Source of the DNA: Raillietiella orientalis
Lineage: Eukaryota
Reading direction: 5' to 3'
Length of the DNA: 64,000 nucleotides
NCBI GenBank assembly: GCA_036172245.1
Contig: JAYWIR010000145.1
Span: forward strand, 1-64,000
This document shows positions 26,280-38,900 of the stretch, piece after piece. Both the position numbers and the translations under genes were made by a program. The notes below the pieces were generated by a model. That model searched no databases. It was not told the origin of the DNA and worked only from the letters and a program-made list of their open reading frames with translations. Within the stretch, counting starts at the first letter, position 1. Each line of letters starts with the position of its first letter.

Positions 26280-29260
26280 ATCCACCTCTGAAACCAGGAA
26301 ATCGCATGATGGTGCGGTTATCCATGACGGTAGATTGCCTCGCGTTGCCAACGGATGCTTCGTGAAAAAGCGCAACAGTGCAATGGTGAACTCTCCTCAC
26401 TTCGAATTGATTACAAACCAGCAAAAGATGTAAATTTATACCATACCGTGAATCAGATCGAATTAAATAATTCCCTTTTCAATTCCGACAGTGGTATCCA
26501 TGAAAACAACACGGAGTGCAAAGAGCCCCGCCCTAATGAAATGTCGGACTGTTCTTCATCCACCTCTAAACGCAGGATATCGCAAGGTAGTGTGGTGATC
26601 TATGCCGGTAGATTTCCTCGAGCTGCCAACGGATGCTTCGTGAAGAAGCGCAAAAGTGCAATGGTGAAATCCCCGTACCTCGAATTGATTACAAACCAGC
26701 AAAAGATGTAAATTTGTACCATAAAATGAATCAGATCGAATTAAAAAATTCACTTTTTCATTCCGATAGTGGTTGCCATGAAAACAACACGGAGTGCAAA
26801 GTGCCCCGCCCTAATCAAATGTCGGAGTGTTCTTAATCCACTTCTGAACACAGGAAATCGCAAGGTAGTGCGGTGATCCATGACGGTGGATTGCCTAGCC
26901 CTGCCAATGGATGGTTCGTGGAGAAGCGCAAAAGTGCAATGGTGAAATCTCCTTACTTCGAATTGATTACAAACCAGCAAAAGATGTAAATTTGTACCAC
27001 ACCATGAATCTGATCGAATTAAATAATTCACTTTCTAATTCCGACAGTAGTTGCCATGAAAACAACACGCAGTGCAAAGTGTCCCACCCTAATCAAATGT
27101 CGGAGTGTTCTTAATCCACTTCTAAACACAGGAAATCGCAAGGAAGTGTGGTGATCCATGTCGGTAGATTGCCTCGCCCTGCCAATGGATGCTTCATGAA
27201 GATGCGCAATAGTGCAATCGTGGAATCTCCTCACTTCGAATTGATTACAAACCAGCAAAAGATGTAAATTTGTACCATAAAATGAATCAGATCGAATTAA
27301 ATAATTCACTTTTTAATTCCCACAGTGGTTGCCATCAAAACAACACGGAGTGCAAAGTGTTCCACCCCAATCAAATTTCGGACTTTTCTTAATCCACCTC
27401 TGAAACCAGGAAAAAGAAAGGTTGTGCGGTTATCCATGACGGTAGATTGCCTCGCCCTGCCAACGGATGCCTCGTAAAAAAGCGCAACAGTGCATGGTGA
27501 AATCTACGTACTTCGAATTGATTACAAACCAGCAAAAGATGTACATTTTTACCATAATATGAATCAGATCGAATTAAATAATTCACTTTCTAATTCCGAT
27601 AGTGGTTGCCATGAAAACAACACGGAGTGCAAAGTGGCCCGCCCTAATGAAATGTCGGACTTTTCTTAATCCACCTCTAAACGCAGGAAATCGCAAGGTA
27701 GTGTGGTGATCTATGCCGGTAGATTTCCTCGCGCTGCCAAAGGATGCTTCGTGAAGAAGGGCAAAAGTGCAATGGTGAAATCTCCGTACCTCGAATTGAT
27801 TACAAACCAGCCAAAGATGTAAATTTGCACCATAAAATGATTCAGATCGAATTAAATAATTCACTTTCTAATTCCGAGAGTGGTTGCCATGAAAACAACA
27901 CGGAGTGCAAAGTACCCCGCCGTAATGAAATGTCGGACTTTTCTTAATCCACCTCCGAAACCAGGATGTCGCATGATGGTGCGGTGATCCATGACGGTAG
28001 ACCGCCTCGCGCTGCCAACGGATGCTTCGTGAAAAAGCGCAACAGTGCATGGTGAAACCTCCTCACTTCGAATTGATTACAAACCAGCAAAAGATGTAAA
28101 TTTGTACCACACCATGAATCAGATCGAATTAAATAATTCACTTTCTAATTCCGATAGTGGTTGCCATGAAAACAACACGGAGTGCAAAGTGCCCCGCCCT
28201 AATGAAATGTCGGACTTTTCTTAATCCACCTCTGAAACCAGGAAATCGCATGATGGTGCGGTTATCCATGACGGTAGATTGCCTCGCGCTGCCAACGGAT
28301 GCTTCGTGAAAAAGCGCAACAGTGCAATGGTGAAATCTCCTCACTTCGAATTGATTACAAACCAGCAAAAGATGTAAATTTATACCATACCGTGAATCAG
28401 ATCGAATTAAATAATTCACTTTTCAATTCCGACAGTGGTTGCCATGAAAACAACACGGAGTGCAAAGAGCCCCGCCCTAATGAAATGTCGGACTGTTCTT
28501 CATCCACCTCTAAACGCAGGATATCGCAAGGTAGTGTGGTGATCTATGCCGGTAGATTTCCTCGCGCTGCCAACGGATGCTTCGTGAAGAAGCGCAAAAG
28601 TGCAATGGTGAAATCTCCGTACCTCGAATTGATTACAAACCAGCAAAAGATGTAAATTTGTACCATAAAATGAATCAGATCGAATTAAAAAATTCACTTT
28701 TTAATTCCGATAGTGGTTGCCATGAAAACAACACGGAGTGCAAAGTGCCCCGCCCTAATCAAATGTCGGAGTGTTCTTAATCCACTTCTGAACACAGGAA
28801 ATCGCAAGGTAGTGCGGTGATCCATGACGGTGGATTGCCTAGCCCTGCCAATGGATGCTTCGTGGAGAAGCGCAAAAGTGCAATGGTGAAATCTCCTTAC
28901 TTCGAATTGATTACAAACCAGCAAAAGATGTAAATTTGTACCACACCATGAATCTGATCGAATTAAATAATTCACTTTCTAATTCCGACAGTGGTTGCCA
29001 TGAAAACAACACGGAGTGCAAAGTGTCCCACCCTAATCAAATGTCGGAGTGTTCTTAATCCACTTCTCAACACAGGAAATCGCAAGGAAGTGTGGTGATC
29101 CATGCCGGTAGATTGCCTCGCCCTGCCAATGGATGCTTCATGAAGATGCGCAATAGTGCAATGGTGGAATCTCCTCACTTCGAATTGATTACAAACCAGC
29201 AAAAGATGTAAATTTGTACCATAAAATGAATCAGATCGAATTAAATAATTCACTTTCTAA
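26280..29260. repeat. Block duplication at 7-monomer offset (1,944 bp), ~4 monomers shared
   Basis: Marker CGCAGGATATCGC occurs at 26571 and 28515 (third copy at 29904). TTCGTGGAGAAG and ATCTCCTTAC are also shared. ORF pairs: 26355/28299, 26750/28694, 27028/28972. Confidence 0.85.
28141..28418 (+). repeat. Representative near-consensus 278-bp monomer
   Basis: CTTTCTAATTCCGATAGTGGTTGCCATGAAAACAACACGGAGTGCAAAGTG...TGAAATGTCGGACTTTTCTTAATCCACCTCTGAAACCAGGAAATCG...GCTGCCAACGGATGCTTCGTGAAAAAGCGCAACAGTGCAATGGTGAAATCTCCTCACTTCGAATTGATTACAAACCAGCAAAAGATGTAAATTT...GAATCAGATCGAATTAAATAATTCA. Hand count: 64 C + 56 G of 278 = 43% GC, 15 CpG. Confidence 0.95.
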
Positions 29261-32200
29261 TTCCGATAGTGGTTGCCATGAAAACAACACGGAGTGCAAA
29301 GTGACCCGCCCTAATGAAATGTCGGACTTTCCTTAATCCACCTCTAAACGCAGGAAATCGCAAGGAAGTGTGGTGATCCATGCCGGTAGATTGCCTCGCC
29401 TTGCCAATGGAAGCATCATGAAGATGCGCAATAGTGCAATGGTGGAATCTCCTCACTTCGAAATGATTACAAACCAGCAAAAGATGTAAATTTATACCAC
29501 ACCATGAATCAGATCGAATTAAATAGATCACTTTCTAATTCCGATATTGGTTGGCATGAAAACAACACGGAGTGCAAAGTGTCCCGCTTTAATGAAATGT
29601 CGGACATTTCTTAATCCACCTCTGAAACCAGGAAATCGCATGATGGTGCGGTTAACCATGACAGTAGATTGCCTCGCGCTACCAACGGATGCTTCGTGAA
29701 AAAGCGCAACAGAGCATGGTGAAATCTCCGTACTTCGAATTGATTACAAACCAGCAAAAGATGTAAATTTATACCACACCATGAATCAGATCGAATTAAA
29801 TAATTCCCTTTTCAATTCCGACAGTGGTTGCCATGAAAACAACACGGAGTGCAAAGAGCCCCGCCCTAATGAAATGTCGGACTGTTCTTCATCCACCTCT
29901 AAACGCAGGATATCGCAAGGTAGTGTGGTGATCTATGCCGGTAGATTTCCTCGCGCTGCCAAGGGATGCTTCGTGAAGAAGCGCAAAAGTGCAATGGTGA
30001 AATCCCCGTACCTCGAATTGATTACAAACCAGCAAAAGATGTAAATTTGTACCATAAAATGAATCAGATCGAATTAAAAAATTCACTTTTTAATTCCGAT
30101 AGTGGTTGCCATGAAAACAACACGGAGTGCAAAGTGCCCCGCCCTAATCAAATGTCGGAGTGTTCTTAATCCACTTCTAAACACAGGAAATCGCAAGGTA
30201 GTGTGGTGATCCATGACGGTAGATTGCCTCGCCCTGCCAATGGATGCTTCGTGAAGATGCGCAATAGTGCAATGGTGGAATCTCCTCACTTCGAATTGAT
30301 TACAAACCAGCAAAAGATGTAAATTTGTACCATAAAATGAATCAGATCGAATTAAATAATTCACTTTCTAATTCCGATAGTGGTTGCCATGAAAACAACA
30401 CGGAGTGCAAAGAGCCCCGCCCTAATGAAATGTCGGACTGTTCTTCATCCACCTCTAAACGCAGGAAATCGCAAGGTAGTGTGGTGATCTATGCCGGTAG
30501 ATTTCCTCGCGCTGCCAACGGATGCTTCGTGAAGAAGCGCAAAAGTGCAATGGTGAAATCTCCGTACCTCGAATTGATTACAAACCAGCAAAAGATGTAA
30601 ATTTGTACCATAAAATGAATCAGATCGAATTAAATAATTCACTTTCTAATTCCGATAGTGGTTGCCATGAAAACAACACGGAGTGCAAAGTGCCCCGCCC
30701 TAATCAAATGTCGGAGTGTTCTTAATCCACTTCTAAACACAGGAAATCGCAAGGTAGTGTGGTGATCCATGTCGGTAGATTGCCTCGCCCTGCCAATGGA
30801 TGCTTCATGAAGATGCGCAATAGTGCAATGGTGGAATCTCCTCACTTCGAATTGATTACAAACCAGCAAAAGATGTAAATTTGTACCATAAAATGAATCA
30901 GATCGAATTAAATAATTCACTTTCTAATTCGGATAGTGGTTGCCATGAAAACAACACGGAGTGCAAAGTGCCCCGCCCTAATGAAATGTCGGACTTTTCT
31001 TAATCCACCTCTAAACGCAGGAAATCGCAAGGTAGTGTGGTGATCCATGCCGGTAGATTTCCTCGCGCTGCCAAGGGATGCTTCGTGAAGATGCGCAATA
31101 GTGCAATGGTGAAATCTCCTCACTTCGAATTGATTACAAACCAGCAAAAGATGTAAATTTGTACCATAAAATGAATCAGATCGAATTAAATAATTCACTT
31201 TCTAATTCCGATAGTGGTTGCCATGAAAACAACACGGAGTGCAAAGTGCCCCGCCCTAATGAAATGTCGGACTTTTCTTAATCCACCTCTAAACGCAGGA
31301 AATCGCAAGGTAGTGTGGTGATCCATGACGGTAGATTGCCTCGCCCTGCCAATGGATGCTTCGTGAAGATGCGCAATAGTGCAATGGTGGAATCTCCTCA
31401 CTTCGAATTGATTACAAACCAGCAAAAGATGTAAATTTCTACCATACCGTGAATCAGATCGAATTAAAAAATTCACTTTTTAACTCCGAGAGTGGTTGCC
31501 ATCAAAAGAACACGTAGTGCAACGTGTCCCACCCTAATCAATTGTCGGACTTTTCTTAATCCACCTCTGAAACCAGGAAATCGCAAGGTGGTGCGGTTAT
31601 CCATGACGGTAGATTGCCTCGCCCTGCCAACGGATGCTTCGTGAAAAAGCGCAACAGTGCATGGTGAAATCTTCGTACTTCGAATTGATTACAAACCAGC
31701 AAAAGATGTAAATTTGTACCATAAAATGAATCAGATCGAATTAAATAATTCGCATTCTAATTCCGATAGTGGTTGCCATGAAAACAACACGGAGTGCAAA
31801 GTACCTCGCCGTAATGAAATGTCGGACTTTTCTTAATCCACCTCCGAAACCAGGAAGTCGCATGATGGTGCGGTGATCCATGACGGTAGATCGCCTCGCG
31901 CCGGCAACGGATGCTTCGTGAAAAAGCGCAACAGTGCATGGTGAAACCTCCTCACTTCGAATTGATTACAAACCAGCAAAAGATGTAAATTTGTACCACA
32001 CCATGAATCAGATCGAATTAAATTATTCACTTTCTAATTCCGATAGTGGTTGCCATGAAAACAACACGCAGTGCAAAGTGTTCCGCCCTAATGAAACGTC
32101 GGACCTTTCTTAATCCACCTCTGAAACCAGGAAATCGCATGATGGTGCGGTTATCCATGACGGGAGATTGCCACGGGTTGCCAACGGATGCTTCGTGAAG

Positions 32201-35200
32201 AAGCGCAAAAGTGCAATGGTAAAATCTCCGTACTTCGAAATGATTACAAACCAGCAAAAGATGTAAATTTGTACCATAAAATGAATCAGATCGAATTAAA
32301 TAATTCACTTTCTAATTCCGATAGTGGTTGCCATGAAAACAACACGGAGTGCAACGTGTCCCACCCTAATCAAATGTAGGACTGTTCTTCATCCACCTCT
32401 AAACGCAGGAAATCGCAAGGTAGTTTGGTGATCCATGCCGGTAGATTTCCTCGCGCAGCCAACGGATGCTTCGTGAAGAAGCGCAAAAGTGTAATGGTGA
32501 AATCTCCGTACTTCGAATTGATTACAAACCAGCAAAAGGTGTAAATTTGTACCATAAAATGAATCAGATCGAATTAAATAATTCACTTTTTAATACCCAC
32601 AGTGGTTGCCATCAAAACAACACGGAGTGCAAAGTGTTCCACCCCAATCAAATTTCGGACTTTTCTTAATCCACCTCTGAAACCAGGAAATCGGAAGGTT
32701 GTGCGGTTATCCATGACGGTAGATTGCCTCGCCCTGCCAACGGATGCCTCGTAAAAAAGCGCAACAGTGCATGGTGAAATCTACGTACTTCGAATTGATT
32801 ACAAACCAGCAAAAGATGTACATTTTTACCATAAGATGAATCAGATCGAATTAAATAATTCACTTTCTAATTCCGATAGTGGTTCCCATGAAAACAACAC
32901 GGAGAGCAAAGTGCCCCGTTCTAATGAAATGTCGGACTTTTCTTAATCTACCTTTAAAACCAGGAAATCGCATGATGGTGCGGTTATGCATGACGGTAGA
33001 TTGCCTCGCGCTGCCTACGGATGCTTCGTGAAGAAGCGCAAAAGTGCAATGGTGAAATTCTCTCACTTCGAATTCATTACATACCAGCAAAAGATGTAAA
33101 TTTGTACCATAAAATGAATCAGATCGAATTCAATAATTCACTTTCCAATTCCGATAGTGGTTGCGATGAAAACAACACGGAGTGCAAAGTGACCCGCCCT
33201 AATGAAATGTCGGACTTTTCTTAATCCACCTCTAAACGCAGGAAATCGCAAGGAAGTGTGGTGATCCATGCCGGTAGATTGCCTCGCCCTGCCAATGGAT
33301 GCTTCATGAAGATGCGCAATAGTGCAATGGTGGAATCTCCTCACTTCGAATTGATTACAAACCAGCAAAAGATGTAAATTTGTACCACACCGTGAATCAG
33401 GTCGAATTAAAGAATTCACTTTCTAATTCCGACAGTGGTTGCCATGAAAAGAAAACGGAGTGCAAAGTGTCCCACCCTAATCAAATGTCGGAGTGTTCTT
33501 AATCCACTTCTGAACACAGAAATTCGCAATGTAGTTTGGTGATCCATGCCGCTATATTGCCTCGCCCTGCCAATGGATGCTTCATGAAGATGCGCAAAAG
33601 TGCAATGGTGAAATCTCCTCACTTCGAATTGATTACAAACCAGCAAAAGATGTAAATTTGTACCACACCATGAATCAGATCGAATTAAATAATTCACTTT
33701 CTAATTCCGATAGTGGTTGCCATGAAAACAACACGCAGTGCAAACTGTTCCGCCCTAATGAAATTTCGGAATTTTTTTAATCCACCTCAGAAACCAGGAA
33801 ATCGCATGATGGTGCGGTTATCCATGACGGTAGATTGCCTCGCGCTGCCAACGGATGCTTCGTGAAAAAGCGCAAAAGTGCAATGTTGAAATCTCCTCAC
33901 TTCGAATTGATTACAAACCAGCAAAAGATGTAAATTTATACCATACCGTGAATCAGATCGAATTAAATAATTCCCTTTTCAATTCCGACAGTGGTTGCTA
34001 TGAAAAAAACACGGAGTGCAAAGAGCCCCGCCCTAATGAAATGTCGGACAGTTCTTAATCCACCTCTAAACGCAGGAAATCGGAAGGTAGTGTGGTGATC
34101 TATGCCGGTAGATTTCCTCGCTCTGCCAACGGATGCTTCGTGAAGAAGCGCAAACGTGCAATGGTGAAATCTCCGTACCTCGAATTGATTACAAACCAGC
34201 AAAAGATGTAAATTTGTAGCATAAAATGAATCAGATCGAATTAAATAATTCACTTTCTAATTCCGACAGTGGTTGCCATGAAAACAACACGGAGTGCAAA
34301 GTGTCCCACCCTAATCAAATGTCGGAGTGTTCTTAATCCACCTCTAAACGCAGGAAATCGCAAGGTAGTGTGGTGATCCATGACGGTAGATTGCCTCGGT
34401 CTGCCAACGGATGTTTCGTGAAAAACCGAAACATTGCATGGTGAAATCTCCTCACTTCGAATTGATTAGAAACCAGCAAAAGTTGTAAATTTATACCATA
34501 CCGTGAATCAGATCGAATTAAATAATTCACTTTTCAATTCCGAAAGTGGTTGCCATGAAAACAACACATCGTGCAAAGTGCCCCGCCCTAATGAAATGTC
34601 GGACTTTTCTTAATCCACCTCTGAAACCATGAAATCGCATGATGGTGCGGTTATCCATGACGGTAGATTGCCTCGCGCTACCAACGGATGCTTCGTGTAA
34701 AAGCGCAAAAGTGCAATGGTGAAATCTCCTCACTTCGAATTGATTACAAACCAGCAAAAGATTTAAATTTGTACCACACCATGAATCAGATCGAATTAAA
34801 TAATTCACTTTCAAATTCCGACAGTGGTTGCCATGAAAACAATACGGAGTGCAAAGTGTCCCACCCTAATCAAATGTCGCACTTTTCTTAATCCACCTCT
34901 GAAACCAGGAAATCGGAAGGTTGTGCGGTTATCCATGACCGTAGATTGCCTCGCACTGCCAACGTATGTTTCGTGAAAAAGCGCAACAGTGCAATGGTGA
35001 AATCTCCGTAGAACGAATTGATTACAAACCAGCAAAAGATGTAAATTTATACCATACCGTGAATCAGATCGAATGAAAAAATTCACTTTTTAACTCCGAC
35101 AGCGGTTGCCATCAAAACAACACGGAGTGCAACGTGTTTCACCCTAATCAAATGTCGGACTTTTCTTAATCCACCTCTGAAACCAGAAAATCGCAAGGTG

Positions 35201-35914
35201 GTGCGGTTATCCATGACGGTAGATTGCCTCGCGCTGCTAACGGATGCTTCGTGAAAAAGCGCAACGGTGCATGGTGAAACCTCCTCACTTCGAATTGATT
35301 ACAAACCAGCAAAAGATGTAAATTTGTACCACACCATGAATCAGATCGAATTAAATAATTCATTTTCTAATTCCGATAGTGGTTGCCATGAAAACAACAC
35401 GCAGTTCAAAGTGTTCCGCCCTAATGAAATTTCGTACTTTTCTTAATCCACCTCTGAAACCAGGAAATCGCATGATGGTGCGGTTATCCATGACGGTAGA
35501 TTGCCTCGCGCTGCCAACGGATGCTTCGTGAAAAAGCGCAACAGTGCAATGGGAAAATCTCCTCACTTCGAATTGATTACAAACCAGCAAAAGATGTAAA
35601 TTTGTACCACACCATGAATCAGAGCGAATGAAATAATTCACTTTCTAATTCCGACAGTGGTTGCCATGAAAGCAACACGGAGTGCAAAGAGCCCCGCCCT
35701 AATGAAATGTCGGACTGTTCTTCATCCACCTCTAAACGCAGGAAATCGCAAGGTAGTGTGGTGATCCATGACGGTAGATTGCCTCGCGCTGCCAACGGAT
35801 GCTTCGTGAAAAAGCGCAACAGTGCATGGTGAAACCTCCTCACTTCGAATTGATTACAAACCAGCAAAAGATGTAAATTTGTACCACACCATGAATCAGA
35901 TCGAATTAAATGAT

Positions 35915-38900
35915 TCACTTTCTAATTCCGACAGTGGTTGCCAGGAAAACAACACGGAGTGCAAAGTGTCCCACCCTAATCAAATGTCGCACTTTTCTTA
36001 ATCCACCTCTTAAACCAGGAAATCGGAAGGTTGTGCGGTTATCCATGACCGTAGATTGCCTCGCACTGCCAACGTATGTTTCGTGAAAAAGCGCAACAGT
36101 GCAATGGTGAAATCTCCGTACAACGAATTGATTACAAACCAGCAAAAGAAGTAAATTTATACCATACCGTGAATCAGATCGAATTAAAAAATTCACTTTT
36201 TAACTCCGACAGCGGTTGCCATCAAAAAAACACGGAGTGCAACGTGTCCCACCCTAATCAAATGTCGGAGTGTTCTTAATCCACCTCTAAACGCAGGAAA
36301 TCGCAAGGTAGTGTGGTGATCCATGCCGGTAGATTGCCTCGCGCTGCCAACGGATGCTTCGTGAAAAAGCGCAACAGTGCATGGTGAAACCTCCTCACTT
36401 CGAATTGCTTACAAACCAGCAAAAGATGTAAATTTGTACCACACCATGAATCAGATCGAATTAAATGATTCACTTTCTAATTCCGATAGTGGTTGCCATG
36501 AAAACAACACGCAGTGCAAAGTGTTCCGCCCTAATGAAATTTCGGACTTTTTTTAATCCACCTCAGAAACCAGGAAATCGCATGATGGTGCGGTTATCCG
36601 TGACGGTAGATTGCCTCGCGCTGCCAACGGATGCTTCGTGAAATAGCGCAAAAGTGCAATGGTGAAATCTCCTCACTTCGAATTGATTACAAACCAGCAA
36701 AAGATGTAAATTTATACCATACCGTGAATCAGATCGAATTAAATAATTCCCTTTTCAATTCCGACAGTGGTTGCCATGAAAACAACACGGAGTGCAAAGA
36801 GCCCCGCCCTAATGAAATCTCGGACAGTTCTTCATCCACCTCAAAACGTAGGAAATCGCAAGGTAGTGTGGTGATCTATGCCGGTAGATTTCCTCGCTCT
36901 GCCAACGGATGCTTCGTGAAGAAGCGCAAAAGTGCAATGGTGAAATCTCCTCACTTCGAATTGATTACAAACCAGCAAAAGATGTAAATTTATACCATAC
37001 CGTGAATCAGATCGAATTAAATAATTCCCTTTTCAATTCCGACAGTGGTTGCCATGAAAACAACACGGAGTGCAAAGTGTCCCACCCTAATCAAATGTCG
37101 GAGTGTTCTTAATCCACTTCTGAACACAGGAAATCGCAAGGTAGTGCGGTGATCCATGACGGTGGATTGCCTAGCCCTGCCAATGGATGCTTCGTGAAGA
37201 AGCGCAAAAGTGCAATGGTGAAATTTCCTCACTTCGAATTGATTACAAACCAGCAAAAGATGTAAATTTGTACCACACCATGAATCTTATCGAATTAAAT
37301 AATTCACTTTCTAATTCCGACTGTGGTTGCCATGAAAACAACACGGAGTGCAAAGTGTCCCACCCTAATCAAATGTCGGAGTGTTCTTAATCCACTTCTG
37401 AACACAGGAAATCGCAAGGTAGTGCGGTGATCCATGACGGTGGACTGCCTAGCCCTGCCAATGGATGCTTCGTGAAGAAGCGCAAAAGTGCAATGGTGAA
37501 ATACCCTCACTTCGAATTGATTACAAACCAGCAAAAGATGTAAATTTGTACCACACCATGAATCAGATCGAATTAAATAATTAACTTTCTAATTCCGACA
37601 GTGGTTGTCATGAAAACAACACGGAGTGCAAAGTGCCCCGCCCTAATGAAATGTCGGACTGTTCTTCATCCACCTCTAAACGCAGGAAATCGCAAAGTAG
37701 TGTGGTGATCCGTGCCGGTAGATTTCCTCGCGATGGCAACGGATGCTTCGTGAAGAAGCGAAAAAGTTCAATGGTGAAATCTCCGTACTTCGAATTGATT
37801 ACAACCCAGCAAAAAATGTAAATTTGTACCATAAAATGAATCACATCGAATTAAATAATTCACTTTCCAATTCGGATAGTGTTTGCCATGAAAGTAATAC
37901 GGAGAGCAAAGTGTCCCATCCTAATCAAATGTCGCACTTTTCTTAATCCACCTCTGAAACCATGAAATCGCATGATGGTGCGGTTATCCATGACGGTAGA
38001 TTGCCTCGCGCTACCAACGGATGCTTCGTGAAAAAGCGCAAATGTGCAATGGTGAAATCTCCTCACTTCGAATTGATTACAAACCAGCAAAAGATGTAAA
38101 TTTGTACCACACCATGAATCAGATCGAATTAAATAATTCATTTTCTAATTCCGATAGTGGTTGCCATGAAAACAACACGCAGTTCAAAGTGTTCCGCCCT
38201 AATGAAATTTCGTACTTTTCTTAATCCACCTCTGAAACCAGGAAATCGCATGATGGTGCGGTTATCCATGACGGTAGATTGCCTCGCGCTGCCAACGGAT
38301 GCTTCGTGAAAAAGCGCAACAGTGCAATGGGGAAATCTCCTCACTTCGAATTGATTACAAACCAGCAAAAGATGTAAATTTGTACCACACCATGAATCAG
38401 AGCGAATGAAATAATTCACTTTCTAATTCCGACAGTGGTTGCCATGAAAACAACACGGAGTGCAAAGAGCCCCGCCCTAATGAAATGTCGGACTGTTCTT
38501 CATCCACCTCTAAACGCAGGAAATCGCAAGGTAGTGTGGTGAACTATGCCGGTAGATTTCCTCGCGCTGCCAACGGATGCTTCGTGAAGACGCGCAAAAG
38601 TGCAATGGTGAAATCTCCTCACTTCGAATTGATTACAAACCAGCAAAAGATGTAAATTTGTACCACACCATGAATCAGATCGAAATAAATAATTAACTTT
38701 CTAATTCCGACAGTGGTTGCCATGAAAAGAAAACGGAGTGCAAAGTGTCCCACCCTAATCAAATGTCGGAGTGTTCTTAATCCACTTCTGAACACAGGAA
38801 TTCGCAATGTAGTGTGGTGATCCATGCCGCTAGATTGCCTCGCCCTGCCAATGGATGCTTCATGAAGATGCGCAATAGTGCAATGGTGGAATCTCCTCAC

